Origin: Candidatus Obscuribacteraceae bacterium
GTDB lineage: Bacteria; Cyanobacteriota; Vampirovibrionia; Obscuribacterales; Obscuribacteraceae
NCBI GenBank assembly: GCA_044226015.1
Contig: JBGAHS010000010.1
Coordinates: 128,001-192,000, forward strand
Length of the DNA stretch: 64,000 bases
Reading direction: 5' to 3'
In this document: piece by piece, positions 28,323 to 39,063 of the stretch
Numbering within the stretch: position 1 is the stretch's first letter
Layout of the letters: every line of letters starts with the position of its first letter
Notes under the pieces: model-generated
What the model was told of the DNA's origin: nothing
Databases searched by the model: none
The model's input: only the letters and a program-made list of their open reading frames with translations
Position numbers and translations under genes: made by a program

Positions 28323-29135
28323 CTAGTGTTTTTCGTAGCGCTCAAGCTGAGTAGCGACCTTGTCCATAGCAACGTAAATCAAGCGCGCTTCGTGATCAGT
28401 CATCGCACCTTTGACTCGGAATGCGTCTTCTTGTGCTGCTATATTGTTGAGTTCGGCTCGAAGCAAGTTACACTCGTCACTTGTTATTCGTCCTTGCGCA
28501 TACTTATCTAGAATCTTGATTTCAAGATTGACACGGCGCACAGCTGGCTCGTCCAACTGAATTACGCGACCGTTTATAATCGTGAAGTGTGTGCCTTCAA
28601 TGATTGGTACATATGTAAGGGTTGTAATTACTGGTTTCATTCTCACAGCGAGAATGTCCAGATCTTGTCCAACTACTATTGAACGGCTCAGGCTCGGTGC
28701 GCCTTGTCCTTTCAAGAATGCAATTTCAGCTCCGATGCGATCTAACTCGCGGCGGAAATCAGCTGCTTGTGTTTCACTTAGAGATCCGGCAGAACGTGCG
28801 TCTACAATCGCTTTGTCCAGAACAGCGCGTCTGTCATCAACTGTTTGAAGAACAATTTGTGCGTCGCTGACAGTGATAGGTACTACTTTCGTGTTCACTG
28901 TCACTACCTTGTTAACAGGAACGACCATACCGGGTGCTACCGGTACACCTTCGACTACAGCCTCTCTTTCGATGACTGTTTTTTGTTCAGTTACAGGTAC
29001 CGTTGATGTGCTGGTTGTTTCTGTTGTAGTTCTGGTCACTTGCATAATTTCGTCAGCGCAAACGCGCGGTGCAAGCGATATGCTGCCGGCTATAGCGACG
29101 GCGATTGTTATGGCTGTGTAGAACAGTTTTTGCAT
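28323..29135 (-). CDS. Secreted hypothetical protein with Thr/Val-rich N-part and two helical repeats
   Basis: Signal peptide; repeated G.(L/I)(S/T)..(Q/E)...(F/L)R.EL..I motif; GAGG RBS. Confidence 0.7.
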   Translation of the reverse strand: MQKLFYTAITIAVAIAGSISLAPRVCADEIMQVTRTTTETTSTSTVPVTEQKTVIEREAVVEGVPVAPGMVVPVNKVVTVNTKVVPITVSDAQIVLQTVDDRRAVLDKAIVDARSAGSLSETQAADFRRELDRIGAEIAFLKGQGAPSLSRSIVVGQDLDILAVRMKPVITTLTYVPIIEGTHFTIINGRVIQLDEPAVRRVNLEIKILDKYAQGRITSDECNLLRAELNNIAAQEDAFRVKGAMTDHEARLIYVAMDKVATQLERYEKH

Positions 29136-29282
29136 TTCATAATCCTCTTTGTATAGCCGCAATGGCTTTAATGCTCATTGTGTTGCCGCTTGTGAGACTA
29201 AGCAAAATTGGCAAAGTTCCTGCATCGCAATCTGTTTTTACAAATGAAAAATCAGACTAACCATTACAAAAAAGGTAAACGA

Positions 29283-31145
29283 TTACTCAATTTTTTTTGT
29301 TTTCAGCTTTTGTATCTTGTCCAAGGTTTCTTGTGCCAGGGTAATATTGCTATCAATAGCCAACGCTCGTTGCGAGAGTTCTTCAGCTTCTGCGATTTTT
29401 CCCTGTTGAAAGCGAATCGCACCTTGTAATGACAGTACATGCGCGTTAGTGCCGCGAAATGAAGCCGCTATTGCAGCGGCTTCATCAGCTTCCTTGATGT
29501 GCCCTAAAGCTAGTTGCGCACGTGCCAGGTTATGAAAGGCTTGATAATTTGGTTTACTCTTCAATGATTCCTTTGCATATCGAATTGCTTCTTCAAATCT
29601 GTTCATTCGAACATTCAAGTGGGCCATTTGATTGTATGTGTCGTATGCTGGGCTCATTGCTAGCGCTATCTTGGCTGATTTTTCAGACTGTTCCAGGTCT
29701 CCAAGCTTTGCTAGAGCAATTGATTTGTTAAGATACGCCGCGGCGTTGTTGTTATGGTCATTGTTCGGATTGAGTTCAATTGCTTTATCGCAGTCCTCAA
29801 TTCCTTTTTTGTAATTGTCCAGGCAGTTTTCAGCTGCAGACGCTTGTATCCAGGCTTGATGCGTAGTTGGAGCCAGCTTAATTGCTGCATAAGCATCATC
29901 ACGTGCTGCGGCGTATGCCCCCATCCTGAGGTTCGAAGCGGAGCGCCATATGTAGGCCATCACATCGGTTGGATTTATTTGCAAGGCTTTTGTGTAGTCA
30001 ACGACGGCCTTTCGATCCTCACCAAGTCTTTCGAATAGTCTGCCTCTGCTGATATATGCTTCGGCGACGCCAGGGTTACATGTAACACGCCAGTTCGCTC
30101 TGTCGAGCTCATTCATGAATGCAAATCGTGCAAAAATTCCAGTGGCTAGCAGAATACAAATCAGAGCGAAAATTTGCACATTACGCTTGTCTTTGTCCTT
30201 GATTGAGAGTGACGAACGTTTCTTTCCGTAAGCGGGTTTCTCGCCACGTTTTACACGCTCTAAATCATCTTTCAGGTCGCGAACACTCTGGTAGCGCTGA
30301 TCTGGGTCGCGCTCGAGGCATCGGATAATAACTGACTTTAGTTCACCAGATATGGTGCGATTTTTAAATTCCGCTGGGCTTTCGTTTAGCTTCTTCATAA
30401 GTAGCGGTAGAGCTGCATCTGCCTCGAATGGTAATTTCCCATTAACAAGTTCGTACATCAGTACGCCGAGTGAGTAGATATCAGTTGTTTCTTTAAGTTT
30501 TCGTCCTTCAATTTGTTCGGGGCTCATGTAGGCGGGGCTGCCGACGGTGTCGCCGGTTTTTGTGAGCGTTGGCGATGATTCTTCTCGTTCAATTGATTTT
30601 GCTATTCCAAAATCAATGAGCTTGCACGTTTCATTATCGCCTGAGCTTTTGACTAACACATTTGAAGGCTTTATGTCTCGATGTAGAATTCCATTTGAGT
30701 GGGCACAATCCAGAGCATCGCAAAGCTGGGTTGAGATATTGAGTATTCTGTTTATTCCTATTTCTTGTGAATTCTTCAACTCATCCGAGAGGTTTCTGCC
30801 CTGAACATACTCCATCACGATGAAAGGTCGGCCGTCTTCGGTTATGCCAAAGTCATTGATTGAAGCGAGGTTAGGATGCTTTAACTTTAAGGCTGTTTTT
30901 GCTTCAGATTTGAAGCGTTCGAAATCTGAAGAACGAACATTGTCTTTTGCCAGAAACTTTATCGCGCAGTCTTCATCGATTAGCACGTGACGCGCCTTGT
31001 AAACCTGACCCATTCCGCCATGCCCAATAATAGATTCAATAAGATAGTGACCACCAATGGTCTTACCAATAACAGAATCTTCTGGTTCGGATATTTCTAA
31101 GAGGTCGATTTTGGACTCAAGGTCTTCTTTGAATGGTTCTGACAT
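29283..31145 (-). CDS. Hanks-type Ser/Thr kinase with TM helix and C-terminal TPRs
   Basis: GHGGMG, AIK, HRDIKPSN, DFG, YMSPEQ, DIYSLG. Confidence 0.95.
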   Translation of the reverse strand: MSEPFKEDLESKIDLLEISEPEDSVIGKTIGGHYLIESIIGHGGMGQVYKARHVLIDEDCAIKFLAKDNVRSSDFERFKSEAKTALKLKHPNLASINDFGITEDGRPFIVMEYVQGRNLSDELKNSQEIGINRILNISTQLCDALDCAHSNGILHRDIKPSNVLVKSSGDNETCKLIDFGIAKSIEREESSPTLTKTGDTVGSPAYMSPEQIEGRKLKETTDIYSLGVLMYELVNGKLPFEADAALPLLMKKLNESPAEFKNRTISGELKSVIIRCLERDPDQRYQSVRDLKDDLERVKRGEKPAYGKKRSSLSIKDKDKRNVQIFALICILLATGIFARFAFMNELDRANWRVTCNPGVAEAYISRGRLFERLGEDRKAVVDYTKALQINPTDVMAYIWRSASNLRMGAYAAARDDAYAAIKLAPTTHQAWIQASAAENCLDNYKKGIEDCDKAIELNPNNDHNNNAAAYLNKSIALAKLGDLEQSEKSAKIALAMSPAYDTYNQMAHLNVRMNRFEEAIRYAKESLKSKPNYQAFHNLARAQLALGHIKEADEAAAIAASFRGTNAHVLSLQGAIRFQQGKIAEAEELSQRALAIDSNITLAQETLDKIQKLKTKKIE

Positions 31146-31197
31146 GAAATCTGCCGACGAGTATTAGAACCATTATATACAAAGAACGAATCTAGAC

Positions 31198-32355
31198 CTA
31201 ATGTCCTCGCTTACCTACTTCGAAGACACCTAATACAGCGCGGTGGTCAGATGGGTATGGCGTTACGACAATATCAGCGGATTGTTTGTCTTCGCCTATT
31301 ACGTCCACTTCTTTTGCTTTTATACCTTTGCCACGATAGAGGATGAAGTCAATGCGATCATGATGGTCTTTGGGATCATCTCCCTTTGTAGTAGGTGTCC
31401 AGGTGTAGCCAGGGTTTGCAATCTCATCGGGATGCGTTTCTCTGTAAGAGTCTTTGAATCCGTCATCGGCAAAAGCCTTGCTTGCGGGCCATTCTACTTT
31501 GATAGGGTGTCGTCCGGCTTTTGCTGCAGCTTCAGTCCAATCCAAGTGAGATGGCTCATTGAAATCGCCTACAAGTATGGTCGGTAAGCCCAGGTCTTTG
31601 AGGGAATCGATATCTTTTCTGACATCATCAACGTCTTTTTTTCTTGCTTTGTTTGCCTCTGAGATAGCCTCTTGTTCTGTCTTTATCAGAGCACCATTCT
31701 CATATGGAATGCCAAGTAATTGATAGGGTTGATACGGCGCATAGTAGAGGTGCTTGTCAAAGAACGCCACCTTATGACCATGCGCTGTGTGAGTTATTAT
31801 GCCATCGCCACCAGGAGTGGTGCCGTCTATATCTAGCTTTGTTAGTATCGCTCCGTGCCCAGTCTTTTGGATGAATTTGTAGCCGCTAGCGTTTGCTATT
31901 TTCTCAGTTACCTGGTTCGACTCTTGCAAGCCAACAATGTCTGCGTCGCTTTTCTTGATGAGGTCAATTACCCCTTCTATACCGAGGTGACCGTCCACTG
32001 CGATATTAAAGGTGAGAACTTTCAATTGGTCAGGAGTGTCGTCTTCCTTTTCCGCATTTGATTTACTGGATTCACCAGGTTTAGCTGCAATCGTATCTAA
32101 GACTTCATTTCTCAGCGCGTCATTCGATGAAGATGCGTTAGCTGCATTTTTTTCACTGACATTGGTTGAATCGAGCATAGCAACACCCCTCACGATATTC
32201 GATTTGACATCCGTTGTGGGGGTATGGATGCTCAGCTTTGTTTCGTCTGCCAGGACAGCTGATATCGATAATGTAGCGGAAGTCAGCGTTAGATACAGCA
32301 GGCGCCTTGCGGTTATTCCCAATGCAGTAGTACCAAATGAGAAATTTTGAAACAT
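31198..32355 (-). CDS. Secreted endonuclease/exonuclease/phosphatase family protein
   Basis: TFNI, GLQE, GDFN, RIDFI, SDH motifs; signal peptide. Confidence 0.9.
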   Translation of the reverse strand: MFQNFSFGTTALGITARRLLYLTLTSATLSISAVLADETKLSIHTPTTDVKSNIVRGVAMLDSTNVSEKNAANASSSNDALRNEVLDTIAAKPGESSKSNAEKEDDTPDQLKVLTFNIAVDGHLGIEGVIDLIKKSDADIVGLQESNQVTEKIANASGYKFIQKTGHGAILTKLDIDGTTPGGDGIITHTAHGHKVAFFDKHLYYAPYQPYQLLGIPYENGALIKTEQEAISEANKARKKDVDDVRKDIDSLKDLGLPTILVGDFNEPSHLDWTEAAAKAGRHPIKVEWPASKAFADDGFKDSYRETHPDEIANPGYTWTPTTKGDDPKDHHDRIDFILYRGKGIKAKEVDVIGEDKQSADIVVTPYPSDHRAVLGVFEVGKRGH

Positions 32356-32542
32356 ACAAGCACCCGTATTCTTGAGTCAGCAAGGAGAATGCCAGTTTTT
32401 TGCTTCATTTGTCAAGCTGTTTCTACAACAGTGTTTGACTGTGATTTATTCACTCTTTCTCTTAAGTGGCTATTATTTTGGTGGTTTGTCTTCGATTTGT
32501 TGGGACATTCGAGATTAGAAGAAGTTTGCAGCAATCAGTTGA

Positions 32543-34600
32543 TTAGTCGAAAAATGATTTGAATAGTTTGCCTACAGAATGAAACAGTCCGTGCTTTTTG
32601 CGATTAATTGCCTTTTCCACTTTTTCAACCTTGGAGCTGACTCTATCAGCACTTTCTTCAAGTGTGCCCTCGATATCTGGACTTGCGATGAAGCGAATAC
32701 TTGAGTCCATTGGAGTTTCAGGAGCATCAAATTTGCCTGGAGGAATAGCGTGTGAGCTGTAATATGATAGGTTGTATGATTTCCAAATTCCTGCCATGAC
32801 AGAGCCTCCTGTGGCAGAGCTTCCGGGAATTGGGTTATTCTCGTCATTTCCTCCCCAAGTGGCTGTCACCATATCTGGTGTAAATCCGACAAACCAGAGG
32901 TCTTTTGATTGGTCTGCAGTGCCAGTCTTGCCTGCTACAGGACGACCAGGCAACTTAGCTGCGGTAGCTGTACCTGACTGAACAACGGTTTGCATCATAT
33001 CCACGAGCTCGGCTACTGGTTCCTTTTCGAACACCTTTTGTGAATCCGATTTTTCCTTGAGGAGTTCGTGCCCGCTGAAGTCTTTAACAGAGCGTATTAA
33101 TCGAGGCGTCACGCGCACTCCGCCCCTGGCTAATGTAGAGTATGCTGCTGCCATTTCAAGCGGCGATACCGCGCAGCTACCTAATGCGATAGATAGGTTC
33201 GGCTCGAGGTTTTCATTGATACCAGCTTCTTTTGCCACATTAATAACTTTGTCGATTCCTGTGTCCGCTGCAACCTTAACGGCACAAACGTTTCTCGATT
33301 TTGCGAGAGCATCGCGAACTGTCAGCGCGCCAAGATATTCGTGGTCGAAATTTCTGGGACTATACGGTTTTGTTTGTCCCTGAGTGATAGTCAATGGCTC
33401 ATCTTGCAGAACTGTATCTGTATGAATTGCACCAGATATAATACCTGCCAGATAAACAAATGGCTTGAATGCCGACCCAACCGTATGTGGGTTTGTCGCG
33501 CGGTTGAACTGGTGTTTCCAAAAATTTCCGGCTCCGCCGACCAGTGCTAAGACGGACCCATCCTTAACATTGATTGATACTAGTGCTGCCTGCCGTACTC
33601 CCTTTGGCGCTTTTCTTACTCCATTGTTTATAGCAATCACAGCTTGCTTCTGGGCAGCTGAGTCCATGTTGGTATAAACGCTAAACCCATCCATGCTCTC
33701 TCTGTCTTTGCCAAGGCTGTGTTTTATCTCATCCATTACCGCATCGACGTAGTACAAATAATAAGAATCAAGTGACCCTACACTTCTGATATTTAGCTTT
33801 GTTGCTTTAGCTTTCGTTGCTTGAGCACGGCTGACATAGCCGTATTCAACCATCTGATCAAGAATTCTTGCTTGTCTTTCTTCTGCATCATCGCGGTTGT
33901 CCTTGCGACTGAGTGACGATGGTGCATTTATTATGCCAGCAAGAAATGCGGACTCGGGCAGCGATAGTTTAGCTGCGGGTTTTGCAAAGTATAGTTCTGC
34001 CGCTCGTTCTACTCCGTAAGCACCTCGACCAAAATAGACCTGGTTGAGGTAAGACTCCAGTATTTTGTCTTTTGAGTATTTACCTTCGAGCTGCAGAGCA
34101 ATTAACGCCTCTTTAATTTTCTGCTCTATATTGCGTTCTTCGCCTTCACTATATAACGTCTTGGCTAATTGCTGAGTAATAGTCGAGCCGCCTTCTCTCA
34201 CTCGACCTGAGCGCAAGTTCACCAGGGCAGCTCGAACGATACTCTCAGGGTTTACACCGTGGTGTTTATAGAAATCGTGGTCTTCCGCAGCGATTACTGC
34301 CTCGCGCATAAATGGAGCTATCTGTTTGATGTTTACGGGCACTCTGTCTTCGTTGCCACTAATCGTACAGACAATTTTGTCATTCTTATCGTAGATGCGA
34401 ATGGTATCACTCTTTCCTGCTTCCAGTGGTGATACCAGTTTGGAAACATCGCTCCAACTCCTAATCAATAATGTTCCTGCAATTACAACAATGATCGCAA
34501 GGGCTGTTGTAATAAAGAGCCCATTTTTGCTGCTGAATGATTTGACTTTCCGAATCAGCCGTGGGGCTCGCCGTGCGGTAGATGGCGTGGAAGATGGCAT
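32543..34600 (-). CDS. Class A penicillin-binding protein (PBP1A family)
   Basis: EDHDFYKHHG and GGSTITQQL (GT51); SAFK, SRN, KTG (transpeptidase). Confidence 0.95.
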   Translation of the reverse strand: MPSSTPSTARRAPRLIRKVKSFSSKNGLFITTALAIIVVIAGTLLIRSWSDVSKLVSPLEAGKSDTIRIYDKNDKIVCTISGNEDRVPVNIKQIAPFMREAVIAAEDHDFYKHHGVNPESIVRAALVNLRSGRVREGGSTITQQLAKTLYSEGEERNIEQKIKEALIALQLEGKYSKDKILESYLNQVYFGRGAYGVERAAELYFAKPAAKLSLPESAFLAGIINAPSSLSRKDNRDDAEERQARILDQMVEYGYVSRAQATKAKATKLNIRSVGSLDSYYLYYVDAVMDEIKHSLGKDRESMDGFSVYTNMDSAAQKQAVIAINNGVRKAPKGVRQAALVSINVKDGSVLALVGGAGNFWKHQFNRATNPHTVGSAFKPFVYLAGIISGAIHTDTVLQDEPLTITQGQTKPYSPRNFDHEYLGALTVRDALAKSRNVCAVKVAADTGIDKVINVAKEAGINENLEPNLSIALGSCAVSPLEMAAAYSTLARGGVRVTPRLIRSVKDFSGHELLKEKSDSQKVFEKEPVAELVDMMQTVVQSGTATAAKLPGRPVAGKTGTADQSKDLWFVGFTPDMVTATWGGNDENNPIPGSSATGGSVMAGIWKSYNLSYYSSHAIPPGKFDAPETPMDSSIRFIASPDIEGTLEESADRVSSKVEKVEKAINRKKHGLFHSVGKLFKSFFD

Positions 34601-34718
34601 GTTGAACTCCGGGGAGAGGTTCTAATGGACTGGCCTGCTTTGACGCATATTAAACTCAGAAGTTCCAGCAATGAGCCACGAGCATCTGTGGCGCTTTAGA
34701 AATTGGGAAAGAGTCAGC

Positions 34719-35186
34719 TTAAGACTGTACATCTCTAGGCACCACTATAGTTGATTCCATAATCTGCACGGTTTCATCTCGATGATTCTTTGTGACACTG
34801 CGCATGGTGACAGTTCCCCTATCAGGACGCGAGCGAGAAGGGCGAATCTGTGTTATCTCTGTTTCAACATGCAAGCTATCGTCTGGACGGACGGGTTTCT
34901 TCCAGCGAACATCTGAACCTGCACCGATTAAGCCTCCTTCGATGGGCACGCTTCCGACAAACAATCGCATCGTGACTGCTGCGGTTTGCCAGCCACTAGC
35001 GGCGATGCCGCCAAAGAATGAATTTTTTGCACCTTCTTGGCTGAGGTGAAATGGTTGAGGGTCATATTTGGATGCGAATTCGATAATCTCGGCTTCTCTT
35101 AAAGTGTATGTGTCGCTTTTAAAAATTTGCCCTATCTTCAGGTCGTCGAGCATCAGTTTCTTGCCTGAGGCATTCTTTGAATTCAT
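34719..35186 (-). CDS. MaoC family dehydratase
   Basis: FASKYDPQPFH, ASGWQTAA, WKKPVRPDD. Confidence 0.9.
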   Translation of the reverse strand: MNSKNASGKKLMLDDLKIGQIFKSDTYTLREAEIIEFASKYDPQPFHLSQEGAKNSFFGGIAASGWQTAAVTMRLFVGSVPIEGGLIGAGSDVRWKKPVRPDDSLHVETEITQIRPSRSRPDRGTVTMRSVTKNHRDETVQIMESTIVVPRDVQS

Positions 35187-35259
35187 TTTTCACCGCGTAT
35201 GAAGGTCGCAACATATTAATGAATGCATTCGAAATCTGCCAGATAGATTAGTAAATGAA

Positions 35260-35291
35260 TTGTTGACTAATTTCAAAAATTGGTCAACAAT
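35260..35291 (+). promoter_or_regulatory. Palindromic operator overlapping a sigma70-type promoter of tetR
   Basis: ttgttgacta-N11-tggtcaacaa; TTGACT-17-AACAAT. Confidence 0.75.
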
Positions 35292-35307
35292 AAACTCGGA
35301 GGCAGTT

Positions 35308-35925
35308 ATGGCGCGTACTAAGTCAATTCCCGACAGAGCCGAAAAAATCGTTGAGGCAGCCATTGAGCTGTTTTCTCGATATGGCTATGAACGCACCAGT
35401 ATAGAGGACATTGCTAAACATCTGGGCATCGGCAAGGGTTCTGTCTATCTCGACTTTCGTACAAAAGAAGACATTCTCATGCGCATTATTGAAACACATG
35501 CCATGCGAATACAGGCATCGCTTGATGAACGTATGCAGAACATTGAGGGCTCACCGCTTGAGTGTCTAAGTGATATGTTCTCGTCTTGTGCAGTTACTGT
35601 TTACGACAATGTTACTCGGGACATTCACACGCCTGAAACTTTGTTGCATACGTCTTTGCAATTTAAGCCGCGCTTTGCGCATTTTTATGTGCGAAAACGC
35701 GAACGAGTTTTGAAGTTGTTGAAACTGGCTGCTGAAGCTGGAGAAATTGAACCTGGAAAAGCTACGGAAGACAATGCCGTTGCATTTCTAATGGCAATTT
35801 CCAGCCTCTTTCCTCCCTACTTTAATAACTACACGGAATCCGACGGGCAGATTACTCGTGCTGAATTAGAGAAGCGTTCGAGACAAGTAATGGACCTCGT
35901 AATCAGCGGTTTGCGTAAGCGTTAA
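35308..35925 (+). CDS. TetR/AcrR family regulator
   Basis: AAIELFSRYGYERTSIEDIAKHLGIGKGSVYLDFRTKEDI HTH; GGAGG RBS. Confidence 0.95.
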   Translation: MARTKSIPDRAEKIVEAAIELFSRYGYERTSIEDIAKHLGIGKGSVYLDFRTKEDILMRIIETHAMRIQASLDERMQNIEGSPLECLSDMFSSCAVTVYDNVTRDIHTPETLLHTSLQFKPRFAHFYVRKRERVLKLLKLAAEAGEIEPGKATEDNAVAFLMAISSLFPPYFNNYTESDGQITRAELEKRSRQVMDLVISGLRKR

Positions 35926-35980
35926 TCGACACCTGCAAGACCTGGACTGATGGCAGTCTTGCTTTGGAGAACTTGATTTA

Positions 35981-37573
35981 ATGGCGACCTTTTTTCAGGA
36001 AGAACTTCAGCGCCGGGTTGAAGAAGAAGGCGAAATCGTTCGTTGGTTGATGCTAGTTGGAGTTGCGATTGCAGCTCTGATGGAGGTTATTGACACAAGT
36101 ATCACTAACGTGGCATTGCCTCATATTCAGGGAAACCTGGGTGCCACCACTAGTGAAGCGGCCTGGGTAGTGACATCGTATTCGATTGCCAATGTCATAA
36201 CGATGCCTCTTGCCGTGATGTTTGGCGATATCTTCGGCAAAAAGCGTTACTTCGTTTTCTCGATGATAGGTTTTACTATTGCCTCCATTGCCTGTGGACT
36301 TGCGGGCGACCTCTTAAGTCTGGTGCTCGCTCGAGTTGCTCAGGGACTTTTCGGGGGCGGTCTGCTAGCTAAGGCGCAGGCTTTTTTATTTGAAGGCTTT
36401 CCTCCCGAGAAGCAAGGTTTTGTACAGGCTGTCTTTGGCATATGCGTCATCGTCGGACCCGTGCTCGGTCCTACGCTTGGTGGCTGGTTAACAGACAATT
36501 ACAACTGGCGATGGATCTTCTTCATCAATATTCCTGTTGGAATTCTTGCTACGATTTTGTGTCAGGCGTACATACCAAAAGACAAACCTTTTGACCCTTC
36601 TGCATCTAAAACACCTGTTGATTGGTTGGGAATTGCCTCGATGAGCCTTATGTTGGGTTCCTTGCAATACGTACTGGAGAAGGGGCAAGATGAAGACTGG
36701 TTTTCGTCAAAGTTGATTTGTTGGTGTGCAGCAGCCACCGTACTCGGTGCCGTAGTCTTCTTCGTACATGAATTGCGAACCAAATTTCCTGCAGTGAATT
36801 TGCGAATCGTTAGATTTCGCTCAGTCGCGATTGGTCTATTGTTTCAATCTGTAATTGGTTTTGTTCTTTTCGGCATCAATTATGTAATACCGAATTTTGC
36901 GCAATTGATGTTAGGCTACACCGCCTTGCAGGCAGGCTTATTGCAGATGCCAGCATCGTTAGTTACAGGCTTCATGTTTCCTGTCGTGGGCGCTATGGTC
37001 GGCAAAGTTGATGCTCGCGTAATGGTCGCTATAGGAATAACTCTTCTGAGCATATCTAACTGGTGCCTGGTGCCCATTACTCTCGATTGGGGCTGGAACA
37101 ATTTTCTTGCCGCCAGTTTGATACGGGGATTTGGGCTAGTTCTCGTCTTCTTGCCTCTCACAATCGCAGCTGTTGGAGACTGTCCCCCAGAGGACATTCA
37201 AACAGCAGCATCGATGCTGAGTTTAGTGCGCACTTTGGGTGGTGGCGTGGGCATCGCAATGTTGGCGACAATACTTGTGCGTCGTGAAGACTTTCACCGA
37301 GCTGTGCTTGTGGAAAAAATCACGCCTTACGGAACTCAGGCTATGGCACACCTTTCTCAGCTAATCGAAATGTTCAAGGCGGAAGGCTGGTCGTTTGCAG
37401 ACGCGAGGATGCGTGCACTAAAACTAATGAGTGAACAAGTGGAAAGGCAGGCAGCCGCGCTCTCATTCTCCGATATAGCTTGGCTTTTGACGTTTTTTAC
37501 CGCTGTAACCCTGCCATGTTGTCTTTTGTTGACCTCTGGAAAGCGCAAAGGACAGGCTGTAGAGATGCATTAA
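35981..37573 (+). CDS. emrB: DHA2 MFS efflux permease (EmrB-like)
   Basis: DTSITNVALPHI, WVVTSY, GPVLGPTLGGWLTDNYNWRWIFFINIP. Confidence 0.93.
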   Translation: MATFFQEELQRRVEEEGEIVRWLMLVGVAIAALMEVIDTSITNVALPHIQGNLGATTSEAAWVVTSYSIANVITMPLAVMFGDIFGKKRYFVFSMIGFTIASIACGLAGDLLSLVLARVAQGLFGGGLLAKAQAFLFEGFPPEKQGFVQAVFGICVIVGPVLGPTLGGWLTDNYNWRWIFFINIPVGILATILCQAYIPKDKPFDPSASKTPVDWLGIASMSLMLGSLQYVLEKGQDEDWFSSKLICWCAAATVLGAVVFFVHELRTKFPAVNLRIVRFRSVAIGLLFQSVIGFVLFGINYVIPNFAQLMLGYTALQAGLLQMPASLVTGFMFPVVGAMVGKVDARVMVAIGITLLSISNWCLVPITLDWGWNNFLAASLIRGFGLVLVFLPLTIAAVGDCPPEDIQTAASMLSLVRTLGGGVGIAMLATILVRREDFHRAVLVEKITPYGTQAMAHLSQLIEMFKAEGWSFADARMRALKLMSEQVERQAAALSFSDIAWLLTFFTAVTLPCCLLLTSGKRKGQAVEMH

Positions 37574-37587
37574 TGTTAGAAAACTAA

Positions 37588-37619
37588 TTGTTGACCAGAA
37601 AGGAAAATTGGTCAATAAT
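37588..37619 (+). promoter_or_regulatory. Second copy of the operator/promoter, internal to the operon
   Basis: ttgttgacca-N11-tggtcaataa; TTGACC-17-AATAAT. Confidence 0.75.
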
Positions 37620-37658
37620 TGTACTTACTGGACGGAAACCTAAGCGATAAAACGTGCG

Positions 37659-39044
37659 GTGTATGACATGGACAATAGAAACGAGGAATTGGGGGACGCG
37701 GCTGTGGGAAATGAAAAAATTTCTGAATCGCCATCGAACAGTGCCACTGTTACTGCTGAGCCATCGAGCGCGTCCGGATCTCCGAAAGCATCAGTCAAGA
37801 AAGTTCATCCTGAAATGACAGCAAAAAAGAAAAGTCGATTCGTGATGCCTGCGGTTCTGAGCATGATCCTTCTTGTCGCCGGTGTAGGCGCTTACAGATG
37901 GTGGCAGCATGCATCTTCTGTTGAAGAAACTGATGATGCCACCATCGTTGGTCGCGTTCACCAGCTGAGTTCTCGCGTAAGCGGAACAGTCACGAAAATT
38001 CTTGTGGATGATAATGACCATGTTAAAGCCGGTCAATTGTTAGTTCAAATCGATCCTAAAGACTTTGAGATTGGCGTAAATGCAGCCAAAGCTGCTGCTG
38101 CTGAGGCAGCCTTTAAGTCAGGCGAAATCGAGTCATCTATAGTTGCGCACCAACGAGAAGCTGAAGCAAGAGATTACGAAGCTCAATCGGCTCTTGCCAG
38201 TGCTAAAGCTGGCGTTGACAAAGCACGTGAAATGCTCAACGAAACTAAGCTAGGAGTTAGTCTGGCAAAGACGGAAATCCGACAGCGAGAAGCAGAGCTG
38301 ACGCGCGCGAAATCTGACTTTGAACGCTATGAGTCACTGGTTAAAGATCGCGCGGCGACTATGCAGAGTTTTGATAAAGCAAAGCAGGACAAAGAGGTCG
38401 CCGAGGCAAATCTTCAGTCTGCTCATGAACAATTTAAGCAAGCTCAAGTTAGAGTTCAGCAGTCAATGCAGGCTCTGGCTAATGCTGAGTCTGAGGTGAC
38501 AAGAGCCAAAGGTGCTTCAAGAAATGCAGAGGCTGCCGATGCAACAACTGAAACCACAAAGAGAAAATTGGCGGTTCAGGAAGCAGCTGTGGCAAAAGCA
38601 AAAAGCGATTTTGATAATGCGATGACGCAATTATCGTACACAAAGTTGACTGCGCCTGTAACTGGTAAAGCGGGGCATCGCACCGTTGAAGTAGGACAGC
38701 AGATTGAGCGTGGACAAGCCCTCATGAGTGTTGTCTCTGATGATAAATGGGTCGTCGCAAATTTCAAGGAAACGCAGCTGGGTCGAATGCGACCAGGTCA
38801 GAGAGTTGACATCAAAATAGATGCGTTTCCAAAAGCACATTTTCAAGGAGTGATTGACTCCATTTCACCGGCTTCCGGAGCCCAATTTGCTCTGTTGCCG
38901 CCCGACAATGCAAGCGGTAACTTCACCAAAGTGGTACAGCGCTTGCCAGTCAAAATTGTGTTTGATAAGGAATCTATCAAAGGGTACGAAAATCTTATTG
39001 CACCCGGTATGTCTGTTATTCCAGAAGTGCACGTAGGTCAGTAG
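37659..39044 (+). CDS. emrA: HlyD/EmrA membrane fusion protein
   Basis: ETDDA, VANFKETQL, FALLPPDNASGNFTKVVQRLPVKI. Confidence 0.93.
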   Translation: MYDMDNRNEELGDAAVGNEKISESPSNSATVTAEPSSASGSPKASVKKVHPEMTAKKKSRFVMPAVLSMILLVAGVGAYRWWQHASSVEETDDATIVGRVHQLSSRVSGTVTKILVDDNDHVKAGQLLVQIDPKDFEIGVNAAKAAAAEAAFKSGEIESSIVAHQREAEARDYEAQSALASAKAGVDKAREMLNETKLGVSLAKTEIRQREAELTRAKSDFERYESLVKDRAATMQSFDKAKQDKEVAEANLQSAHEQFKQAQVRVQQSMQALANAESEVTRAKGASRNAEAADATTETTKRKLAVQEAAVAKAKSDFDNAMTQLSYTKLTAPVTGKAGHRTVEVGQQIERGQALMSVVSDDKWVVANFKETQLGRMRPGQRVDIKIDAFPKAHFQGVIDSISPASGAQFALLPPDNASGNFTKVVQRLPVKIVFDKESIKGYENLIAPGMSVIPEVHVGQ

Positions 39045-39063
39045 GACAGCGTTTTCCTTTTGG

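Noticed and set aside
29209..29224. Sigma-54-like GG-N10-GC site
   Set aside because: It points antisense to both flanking genes and has mismatches; likely chance
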